Shown: positions 20,373 through 29,021 of the stretch, one piece after another
Layout: every line of letters begins with the position of its first letter
Position numbering within the stretch: the first letter of the stretch is position 1
Virus record (IMG/VR): IMGVR_UViG_2687453780_000005
Location: 32,001-96,000 of that record
Direction: 5' to 3' (one strand)
Source of the DNA: a virus
Lineage: Duplodnaviria > Caudoviricetes
DNA length: 64,000 nucleotides
Translations under genes and position numbers: made by a program
Notes under the pieces: model-generated
Seen by the model: only the letters and a program-made list of their open reading frames with translations
The model's database searches: none
Told to the model about the DNA's origin: nothing

Positions 20373-21308
20373 TCATTCCTTCCTTTCCAAAAAGTCATAA
20401 TTATCAAATACTGATAAGTCCTTGATCTTGTTTAAATAATCTTCATAACCTTCTTTATCGTATAGTGCTTCATATTTTTTATTATTCTGTTTAACATAAT
20501 TGTAAATCTTGACGATTTCTTCGTCAGGGTATTTAGTTCCTTTACAGAGCCAATAGTACTTTTGGGCTAGTTTACGGTTATCATTAGCTTCTAATTTCTT
20601 TTCTTTAACCTGCCTATGACCGTTTTTATAAAGCATATAATCTTTGGAATATTTTTTAATGTAGTCTTTATCCATATACCTGCCGTAAACATTTGGCAAC
20701 TGCGATATTTCTCCTTTATCATTTATCACGAAATCATCAGCGCGACTTACGTAAATTACGCATAAGTCTTCCAAAATAGTGTTATATCTCATAATTGTTC
20801 TGGTTGATAATCCGCTAATAGTAGATAGATAATCCTGAGTCTGATGACCAACCACGTTACACTTAGATTCCCCACTTTCTAGGAATATGGTTATTTTGCT
20901 ATTTATTGAATCCATTAAATATATGTAATATCTGAATACCTGCAATTTATTTTTGTACTGTGATTCCATGATCTTACGCATTTCACTAATTTTCAAAACT
21001 GTATATTTTTCATTGGTTGTATTTACGTTTAGAGAGTCGCAGTTAAGAATATATGAATCTTTAGATATTTTTTCTCCAATCACATACTTATTTTCTAACA
21101 GCGAATTTGCAGCCATATATATCTTTTTTCGAATTTTCAGTCCTACTTGGTTATCATGATATATTGCAAATAGGAGAGAATCGATGCTGATATAGTAATG
21201 CTCCATTTCAGCTATTGGCATTAATATCTTCAGATAACAATAAACAAGTATTTCATAATCAGTTACAGTTGGAGAACGAGATAATTTCTCCGGTAAAAAT
21301 ATCTTAAT
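20373..21308 (-). CDS. Winged-HTH DNA-binding protein (possible replication initiator), probable ATT start
   Basis: QDYLSTISGLSTRTIMRYNTIL HTH; frame open 29 codons upstream of ATG 21221 to an ATT 6 nt after AGAAAGGAG. Confidence 0.6.
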   Translation of the reverse strand: MKIFLPEKLSRSPTVTDYEILVYCYLKILMPIAEMEHYYISIDSLLFAIYHDNQVGLKIRKKIYMAANSLLENKYVIGEKISKDSYILNCDSLNVNTTNEKYTVLKISEMRKIMESQYKNKLQVFRYYIYLMDSINSKITIFLESGESKCNVVGHQTQDYLSTISGLSTRTIMRYNTILEDLCVIYVSRADDFVINDKGEISQLPNVYGRYMDKDYIKKYSKDYMLYKNGHRQVKEKKLEANDNRKLAQKYYWLCKGTKYPDEEIVKIYNYVKQNNKKYEALYDKEGYEDYLNKIKDLSVFDNYDFLERKE

Positions 21309-21554
21309 AAGCAGCTCCTTTCTTTCACCATAGTGACAGCTAGGTACCTCACGACTATACCATCGTGTAGAGTGTAGGGTATGGTTTCAGGTACCCAGTT
21401 GTCAGTCAATAACAATATATAATAATAACAATATATAACTATTTAACATTCACTCTATTGCATAGAGTTGAATCGAGGATTCTTTTTCTCTGGTACTACA
21501 TTTCTGGTAAGTACCATCTCTACTGTAATAATTCTGCATATGTAAATTTATCCC

Positions 21555-21842
21555 TTATATAAATTTCACTTCTACAGTTTTGTATCCCATCATCTTGGCA
21601 ATCAGATATGTAATGTAGCCATCTGTTAGAGTATTCTTCTTGTCAACAACGATAGGAGATAAGAAGTCACCGGTACGAATGTAATATGTATACTTTGCTG
21701 CTAGGTTATCTACTCTAGGTGGGTGAGATAACATTTCTGGTGGAATAGTGATCTTGGATAGAGGTATTGCTTTTTTCTGTAAGGTCTGTAATTTCAAATT
21801 ACTTCTGATATGTAACAGGTTAGTGAATCTAATAATCTTCAT
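21555..21842 (-). CDS. ParB/Srx-like domain protein
   Basis: PIVVDKKNTLTDGYITYLIAK motif. Confidence 0.65.
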   Translation of the reverse strand: MKIIRFTNLLHIRSNLKLQTLQKKAIPLSKITIPPEMLSHPPRVDNLAAKYTYYIRTGDFLSPIVVDKKNTLTDGYITYLIAKMMGYKTVEVKFI

Positions 21843-21869
21843 TTAAATCCTCCTTGTAGTGTGATTATG

Positions 21870-21936
21870 GTTTTCTTTATTTGCTTGTATGAATCATAAC
21901 ACTTACGGATTATGATGTCAATAGTTTTCTTTATTT
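21870..21936 (-). promoter_or_regulatory. Leftward sigmaA promoter bracketed by two AAATAAAGAAAAC boxes
   Basis: TTGACA(21921-16)-17 bp-TATGAT(21898-93); boxes at 21924-36 and 21870-82. Confidence 0.85.
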
Positions 21937-23458
21937 ATTTGTAATTATATTTTCAAACAATTGGTTAGGTAAAATTATAAGATGTGAAAATGGTGAGTTC
22001 GGCAGATAGGATTATTTTTTGCATTATATAGGAAACAAATGCTTATCCTGTAATGGTTTGTTGGGTGTGGGAGTAGTAAGAGAGTAGTGATCGGAGATAT
22101 GGGTTTTGTGAAAATAGGGGTGAGTTCGTAAAGATGCTTATTTTATAAGGGTTTGCTTGACTTCAGAGAGGGGAAAGTGCTGATTTTGAATTGTCTGTAA
22201 ATTCAATTTGGCCTTATTTTATATGTATTCCTTCGAACTCACTAACGAACTCATTTTGTGTGATTTTGGAAATTGTATAGACAATTAGATAGTGTACAGG
22301 GTGGTAATGTAGTTGAGACATGAAATTATGATGATTTTATTGTATCTGATAATTTGATTAATTGTAGTTGTAATATGTGGGGATTTTATGATAAAAGAGG
22401 TTGAAATTTCAACTTGATGTGTGAGTAGAACTGATATGCGGTATTCCGACACGTAAAAACAGTCTCAAAATGTAAATATACCCCGGTCATGGGTAATGAA
22501 ATAATATACAACAAATAGGCATGTTAACCTATGCGTAATAGGGCATAATTACATGTTCAATGTATACCACTATATATGTCTGCGTTAAACTCTTGTTTAG
22601 TGCAATGATAGTAAAAATAGTGCATAGTTTGCAATGGTTAAATATATGCATATTGTACAAGCGAATGATATGATTATAGAATTGTAGCTAATTGTATGAA
22701 TGAAATTGATATTGACAGATAATTATGATGGCGCAATGATGGATAAATGAATTACTGTAGCAGGTAAAGGGGCGGTGGTTACGATGCCTTTATGCGACCA
22801 GGTATCGTCAAGTCTGATATAGCTAGTAAGTTTGGCAAGGTTCGTTGTAATTAAATACTACAAGTGTAATATTAACAATAATATAAAAAGATACTAACTA
22901 TAATTTATATACTAACTTACTATAATATACTTAGTATCATATCAACCCTAACATCTTTGTTTCATGGTATATAAACAATACTAACTGCATAAAAGATAGT
23001 AAGTGTAAAAAAGATAATAACTATATAAAATATACTTAGTATAAAAAAGATACCATTGTGTCATATCAAGGTTTCTTAGAATTTACATGATTATACCTTA
23101 TTCATTTTACCACTCGGCCATCATATTATCATACACTCCACAACACATTTAAACGCTTAATTTCTCATCGTAATCGCATACCCTTACACTTTATCATTCA
23201 TGCCATTACAAGCTGTATATGAGCCAAATAACAACACGTACAATCAATGCAACACCATCATATCCCATCAATAATTAATCTATATCAATCAGTCATATTC
23301 CGACACATTCCATCATACCATATCAATATCAGCGACATGATATCCAATAGTAACCAAAAAATATACAGTTTATTCCATATTTCTTACTTGACAAAGTCGA
23401 ACATACATACTATTATTGAACTCACAGACAAAGAACATACGTACTAGTGTTATGGCTT

Positions 23459-23782
23459 TTACATAATTACGTCATCGTCATCAAGATTAAGAAAGTCTTT
23501 TACTATGCCATCAATATCTTTGTTGCTGTTATCATGTGGTACATCAATCATATGATCCGTGTCTTTGTTTCGCTCTCTAATAACAAGGTCACATTTATAG
23601 TTGATTGCAGCACAAAGCAATTGTACATCGGTTACAGTAAGTTCTTTCTTCTTAAATACATTTTGTAGTTGTTGGGGGCTTATTCCCATCATTCTAGCTA
23701 CATGAGCGTTACTAATGCCATTTGTTAATAGGTACATGCGATAATCAATTATGAATTGTCCACTACTTATAAATTGCAACAT
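23459..23782 (-). CDS. XRE-family HTH regulator
   Basis: ISNAHVARMMGISPQQLQNVFKK; GGAGG RBS before ATG 23782. Confidence 0.75.
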   Translation of the reverse strand: MLQFISSGQFIIDYRMYLLTNGISNAHVARMMGISPQQLQNVFKKKELTVTDVQLLCAAINYKCDLVIRERNKDTDHMIDVPHDNSNKDIDGIVKDFLNLDDDDVIM

Positions 23783-23921
23783 ACTTTTACCTCCGTTATA
23801 GCGGTATATTATTATATCAAATTTATTTATATTTATCATTATATATGTTTACCTAAAATAATGCAAACTTTTGTACAATGCCACGACATAAAATTATTTA
23901 ATAAAAATGTAAATAAAACTA

Positions 23922-23951
23922 TTTACAAACATAAAGCAATGTGATATACTT
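23922..23951 (+). promoter_or_regulatory. Rightward sigmaA-like promoter divergent from the XRE gene
   Basis: TTTACA...TG-A-TATACT. Confidence 0.6.
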
Positions 23952-24001
23952 GTATCAAGTTAAGAGAAATAAGAGAAATAATGAAAGCGAGATAATCACC
24001 T

Positions 24002-24166
24002 ATGAAACATATTATCACATACTACAAAAACGAAAAGGCAGTTAAAACTTTAAATTATGAATGCAATCCAAACGCCACAAAATCTGAGATTAGCAGCAAA
24101 TGTCTTCAGTTTGCAAAACAGAATAAGCCAGCAAATTATGATTATTACGAGATAGCACAAGTCTAA
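24002..24166 (+). CDS. Small hypothetical protein
   Basis: 54 aa MKHIITYYKNEK...; first ORF after the promoter. Confidence 0.5.
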   Translation: MKHIITYYKNEKAVKTLNYECNPNATKSEISSKCLQFAKQNKPANYDYYEIAQV

Positions 24167-24314
24167 ACGACAAGCGTTCCGTCGGGTGCAATTCCTGACT
24201 AGGCTCTCAACAAGTGATGATACTTGTTTCCATCAGTGGCACATTGATAATTTAATAGACTTTACACTATCGCATATGATATAATAGGACTATATCAGAA
24301 AAGGATGTGATAGC

Positions 24315-24533
24315 ATGAGTAACAAAGAACGCATTATGCAGTTAATAGATGGTGTACCAGACAGCAAACTTGTATTTGTGGTTGACATGCTGGAATCACT
24401 AAAAGCATATGCAGGGGAATCCATAGAACCTGATAGCTGGGATTTACAAATGATTAAACAGGCAGAATTATTAAACGATGGCGAAACAGTAACGTTTGAT
24501 GATTTATGCAACGAATTAGGCATTAATCTATGA
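24315..24533 (+). CDS. Putative antitoxin
   Basis: 72 aa acidic protein ending ETVTFDDLCNELGI; overlaps toxin start (ATGA). Confidence 0.75.
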   Translation: MSNKERIMQLIDGVPDSKLVFVVDMLESLKAYAGESIEPDSWDLQMIKQAELLNDGETVTFDDLCNELGINL

Positions 24534-24784
24534 GTGGTTACAAGACTATTTTTGAGAAAGCAGCTATAAAGTTTCTAAAAAAACAAACCCCTAAAATGCA
24601 AAGTATGATTCTGATGGCAATTTCAAAATTACCTGAAGGTACAGATATTAAGAAGTTGCAAGGTTATGAATTATATCGTATGCGTGTTGGAAATGTAAGA
24701 GTGATTTATTCAATTGATAATGACGTAAAAATCATTAACATAGAAAACATTGACAACCGAGGACAAATATACAAAAGATATTAA
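24530..24784 (+). CDS. relE: RelE/ParE family toxin
   Basis: DIKKLQG..YRMRVGNVRVIY...DNRGQIYK. Confidence 0.9.
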   Translation: MSGYKTIFEKAAIKFLKKQTPKMQSMILMAISKLPEGTDIKKLQGYELYRMRVGNVRVIYSIDNDVKIINIENIDNRGQIYKRY

Positions 24785-24789
24785 AATCC

Positions 24790-24837
24790 AAAGGGTGTAA
24801 AGTCTGTTAGATTATCAACGGCTTTGCACTCTTTTTC
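24790..24837 (+). terminator. Terminator hairpin after toxin-antitoxin pair
   Basis: AAAGGGTGTAAAGTC...GGCTTTGCACTCTTT followed by T-run. Confidence 0.6.
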
Positions 24838-25173
24838 TTATGAAGTCTATCAGGGCGAGCCTGTAGCGTCAAAGCAAATAGACGGTTTAACAAGTGGATG
24901 ATCACTTGCACCAAAATGGACGGAATAACCAAAAAGAGCCTGACTACTCGCAATAGTCAGACCCTTGGGGAACACACTTGAAAATGTGATCACGTTACTA
25001 GTTTCATATCATATCACATTTCTATGATTTATTCAAGTGTTAATTCCAAACGTGCAAACTGTACCTTGAAAAGTGAATAGAAATGTATTAGATCAATTAT
25101 TTTCATTTAATATATTCTGTTGGATTTACCATGAATGTGGTACAATGTTACTGAAATGACAGGAGGTGTTAAA

Positions 25174-25434
25174 ATGATAACATACTATAAATTACTTGAT
25201 ATGCTCAACCGACAAGGAATGACAAGGGAACAGCTTAAAAATGCCGCTGGTTTATCTTCGGCGACTATGACAAAAATATCTAAGCAAGAGTCGGTTACAC
25301 TAAAAACTATCGATTCTATTTGTAGAGTAATGAAATGTCAGCCAGGAGATATATTGCAGTACAATGATATGACCTATGATGATTATGCTATATTGCAAAA
25401 AGAAAAACAACTAAAAAATAGAGAAAATCTTTAG
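25174..25434 (+). CDS. Cro/C1-type HTH regulator
   Basis: ITYYKLLDML...GLSSATMTKI...LKTIDSICRVMKCQPGDIL. Confidence 0.85.
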   Translation: MITYYKLLDMLNRQGMTREQLKNAAGLSSATMTKISKQESVTLKTIDSICRVMKCQPGDILQYNDMTYDDYAILQKEKQLKNRENL

Positions 25435-25441
25435 AAAACAG

Positions 25442-25470
25442 TTGACATTGATTTGAAATCATGATATACT
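25442..25470 (+). promoter_or_regulatory. Strong sigmaA promoter
   Basis: TTGACA-17 bp-TATACT with extended TG. Confidence 0.8.
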
Positions 25471-25600
25471 TGTATTATCAAAAGGAAATAGAAAAGGCGG
25501 TCACAGACACCGACCAAAGTATCAGACCACCTTTTCACACAACTTGATATACAAGCGTATAATCATTCTAATACATTTTTATTCGCTTTTCAAGTGCAAT

Positions 25601-26521
25601 CGCACACAAATTTCCTTTAAGTAATATCTTTTCCAGTCGTGGAACTGGCCACAAAATGAACGGATCACGCAACAGAGACTGAAACGTCCACGGAGCTTGT
25701 GATGGACAGGCCGTAAGGCTATAGCGAACCCTGACAACGCACATATGTAATAACGGTTTTATCTGGAGCAATTGGAGTAGTGTAACCATGTTATAGGTGA
25801 ATCAATTAAGGAGAAAATACTTTTATCCGAAATTGTTACCTTGACAATAGTTGCATGAGGGCAAAGGGATATGAGGACAGATAAATAATTCCTGAAAAAT
25901 ATGAAACTGCGCAATAGGTGTACCCTAACTATACGGTTTCTACCCTAGCTAACTAGTGAATGATGTCACATGGGAGAAACAAGCAGACCTGTGAGAAGGT
26001 GGTCATTGACGGGAGCGAATAAAGCGAATAACCCCACAGAGGAATCATAAGGGAGCATACACCACTTAATTATATTACTTCCAGATAAAGAGACTGGACA
26101 AGCAGAGGACGGAACAACGAGCCTATGAAGCAGTAGGCAACCAAAGAGAACGGAAAGCAAAATCCTATTTGTTATAGGTAATTCAAATTAGTACGGAATA
26201 ACGCAATTAAGATTTATTTGTAGCCATTAAAACATCATTCAGGCATCACAATGACAAGCCCTGAAATATCGTTGATATGGCTATTTTGTTATAGGTTTTA
26301 TCAGTTACACCACGCACGTAAACTAGGCACTATATATCGGTTCTTGGATTGTATACTCCTCAATCCTTATTACTGATTGCGTGTAGTCAAATATATTCAG
26401 AACGTATGAAATCAAGTTGAATATTGGAAGCTCTTGACAACTACCCATCACGGGAGGCTCTGCTAGACAATCTTTCATTGATTGACTTTTCTTATTTTGA
26501 AATCATTGGCTTTTGTGTGCG
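25601..26521 (+). ncRNA. Large (about 900 nt) ornate structured RNA, ROOL/GOLLD-class candidate
   Basis: No credible ORF; closing helix 25601-10/26512-21; long-range helix 25758-68/26079-89; many hairpins including a GNRA loop; strong promoter upstream. Confidence 0.6.
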
Positions 26522-26554
26522 TTAGTATCTGATAAAAAACAGGAGGAAAAGGAA

Positions 26555-26782
26555 ATGGAATATTACAATAGCTTGGTTGATCGTATGGTAAGGGAAGCTA
26601 GAAGGTTATTGAGTAATAAGGGGTTAAGTTCAGAAAATGAGGTTATGACGATCTTAAAAGCGGCGCAGATTATTATTGTAACAAATGAAGTATTTGAAAC
26701 ATCTTTCTTTGATGAAAAAGACGATATCATAGACGATATTTCCATTCTATATAAAGAACGATTAAATGAAGCCTTTGTATAA
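26555..26782 (+). CDS. Hypothetical protein
   Basis: ATG 26555 after AAAGGA RBS. Confidence 0.6.
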   Translation: MEYYNSLVDRMVREARRLLSNKGLSSENEVMTILKAAQIIIVTNEVFETSFFDEKDDIIDDISILYKERLNEAFV

Positions 26783-26891
26783 AACAAAATTTAGTATCTA
26801 TTATGCAGATGATTATATGTATATTCTTACATTGTATCGCCTGTATAAGTACTTACTAAAGTGAGTAATATTGCAGAAAGGAAATAAACAT

Positions 26892-27788
26892 ATGAAGGAA
26901 AATGAATTATTAGAAAGCAAGGAATTACGGGAAAAATTAGTTGCTAAAGTGGAAATTTTGGATAAGGTCAAAAAGTTGCTCCTTATTCCTGGCACTGAAT
27001 TAGCAAATGCGCAGCAAGTAGCGGATTTTTACGAGGTAGAGAAGAATACCATTGAAGTCCTTTATTCACGTAACAAAGATGAACTGGACGAAGACGGAAC
27101 AGGACTTGTAAGTTATAAAGATTTTCTAAACTTACAAAATGTCAGTTTAGAGAAAAGCAGAGGTAAGACAACATTCACATTCCAAAGTGGTGAAATTCTT
27201 AATGTTCCAAACAGGGGATTAAAAGTTTTCCCTCGTCGTGCAATTCTCCGCATAGGAATGCTACTTAGAGATTCAGCCATAGCGAAGGAGATCCGCACTC
27301 AATTACTTAATATAGAAGAAAAGACTTCTAATGAAACAAAAACAATGGACATCACAGAGGAACAGACTCTTGCCTTATCCGTCGGCATGGCATACGCAAG
27401 TGGAAACCCTGATGCAATCATGATAGCTACCACTAAAATGATGGACTTTAAAAACCGTCACATAGCAAAACTGAACGAGTCAAACAATGCTCTGGCAAAC
27501 GGTATCCTAGCGTGGGACGATAGGGGACGAATTAATTTTGCAGTCCGTAAGATGGCAGCATACGCACATATCACAGTAGGTAAAGCCTGGAGCGAGTTGT
27601 ACAAGCAATTAAAGAACGGCTTTCATATTGATTTACAGAGCAGAGGAAAACAGCCATGGATACAACACGTAGATGAAAAAGAATGGCAATGCGTGATTAA
27701 AGCATTTTCTGCCTTATGCAAGTATTATGAATTGGAACCTAGCGACATGTTTCATGACTTAAAAATTGAAGAAGAGGTTAAAGCATAA
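26892..27788 (+). CDS. Phage antirepressor-like DNA-binding protein
   Basis: VADFYEV...FPRRAILRIGMLLRDSAIAKEIRTQLL. Confidence 0.75.
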   Translation: MKENELLESKELREKLVAKVEILDKVKKLLLIPGTELANAQQVADFYEVEKNTIEVLYSRNKDELDEDGTGLVSYKDFLNLQNVSLEKSRGKTTFTFQSGEILNVPNRGLKVFPRRAILRIGMLLRDSAIAKEIRTQLLNIEEKTSNETKTMDITEEQTLALSVGMAYASGNPDAIMIATTKMMDFKNRHIAKLNESNNALANGILAWDDRGRINFAVRKMAAYAHITVGKAWSELYKQLKNGFHIDLQSRGKQPWIQHVDEKEWQCVIKAFSALCKYYELEPSDMFHDLKIEEEVKA

Positions 27789-27865
27789 GCCGAGGATTTG
27801 TAACCGTAAAAAGTTGCAGATCCATTTTTAGTTAGGAAAGAATATCTAGGAAAGAAGGTGTAATT

Positions 27866-28114
27866 TTGAAAGTAAACATATACACAATAGGCAAGAAAAC
27901 GTTAATCGGAACTTACAATGTAAAATACGTTTATGATTCAAGTTTTTATTTTAGAGGTATGCCTACATTGTCAGCAAAAAGGTGTAGAGAAATACTAAAC
28001 ATCGTATCGCCAAATTTCAAAATCGAATCGGAAACTTTGGTTATTGAAAACGTAGAAACAGGACATACCGGAATACAAAAGATACACAGAGGCGGTACTA
28101 TTTTAAACTTTTAA
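27866..28114 (+). CDS. Hypothetical protein
   Basis: GAAGGTG RBS, TTG start. Confidence 0.55.
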   Translation: MKVNIYTIGKKTLIGTYNVKYVYDSSFYFRGMPTLSAKRCREILNIVSPNFKIESETLVIENVETGHTGIQKIHRGGTILNF

Positions 28115-28148
28115 CAAGCAAATATCCATTTCATAGGGAGGTAGAAAT

Positions 28149-28301
28149 ATGATAAACAAAATTAATAAAATATTAGAGGAAAAGGGAAGTAAATTCAGAA
28201 CTAAGGACGGTTTTACAATTTGCATGTACATCGGTCATTTAACATTTTTAAAAAGAAGTTTTGAAACACAAGAAGAGTGTTTACAATTTGTAAGCAGATA
28301 A
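28149..28301 (+). CDS. Small hypothetical protein
   Basis: 50 aa with GGAGG RBS, flanked by junction sites. Confidence 0.55.
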   Translation: MINKINKILEEKGSKFRTKDGFTICMYIGHLTFLKRSFETQEECLQFVSR

Positions 28302-28328
28302 AACGATTATTTTCTAGGAGGTTTGCAT

Positions 28329-28544
28329 ATGAGCAGAGAGCGTAAAGAAAAATGGGCAGTATGCGGCGAATACGGCGGTAATTTTACGAACCTTAAAGAC
28401 GCTAAACAGTGCGCAAAAGAAGCCAGTAAAACTCCAGAACATGACTATGAAGCAAGTGTTACATTGATTGAAGAAGGTGCCCATTACATTGATTATAAAA
28501 ATGGAAAATGTACTCGTGATGGCTGGACTATAAAACACAAATAA
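28329..28544 (+). CDS. Hypothetical protein
   Basis: GGAGG RBS; stop codon begins a junction site. Confidence 0.6.
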   Translation: MSRERKEKWAVCGEYGGNFTNLKDAKQCAKEASKTPEHDYEASVTLIEEGAHYIDYKNGKCTRDGWTIKHK

Positions 28545-28572
28545 AAACCGAATTTTAAAGGAGGACTCCATC

Positions 28573-28926
28573 ATGAGAAAGCAGGAAAATTTGAAGTGTG
28601 AAAAATTACTGAAAAGAGCTATAAGAGTAGCCAAACAGGCAGAAGAAGATTTTTCTCTATCCGAGAAATATAATGTAATTAAAACTATTCATTCATTTGG
28701 AAATGGAGGATCGCAAAACATGGAAAAAGAAATACAAAAATTATTAGAGGAAAACAGTTATTCGGTATCCGATGCAGAGGAAGCTATAAATTTTGTAGCT
28801 GCCTTACTAACAATCAGATTGGAAGATATTAAAAAGAATGAATCATATGCAACTAACAGCATTGATAGGTTAGATAAAGCTGTAACAGAAGTAAATGATC
28901 TACTTTGGTTAGAGGATTTACAATAA
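28573..28926 (+). CDS. Hypothetical protein (possible second start at 28720)
   Basis: GGAGG RBS at the start and again internally before MEKEIQ. Confidence 0.55.
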   Translation: MRKQENLKCEKLLKRAIRVAKQAEEDFSLSEKYNVIKTIHSFGNGGSQNMEKEIQKLLEENSYSVSDAEEAINFVAALLTIRLEDIKKNESYATNSIDRLDKAVTEVNDLLWLEDLQ

Positions 28927-28928
28927 CA

Positions 28929-28993
28929 TATTTTATTCCCAGTTTGAAGCCATTAGATCATGTGTCTAGTGGCTTTTATAGTGGGAATAAAAT
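28929..28993 (+). repeat. Long imperfect inverted repeat
   Basis: TATTTTATTCCCA...TGGGAATAAAATA enclosing GAAGCCATTAGA/TCTAGTGGCTTT. Confidence 0.75.
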
Positions 28994-29021
28994 ATTCAAT
29001 AATTAAACGGAGGTAATTACA

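Noticed and set aside
23247-23668. Plus-strand ORFs 23247-23447 and 23447-23668
   Set aside because: No RBS, low-complexity composition, and the second is antisense to the XRE gene
25568-26160. Minus-strand ORFs 25568-25789 and 25966-26160
   Set aside because: No RBS, no protein-like features; they lie antisense to the structured RNA candidate
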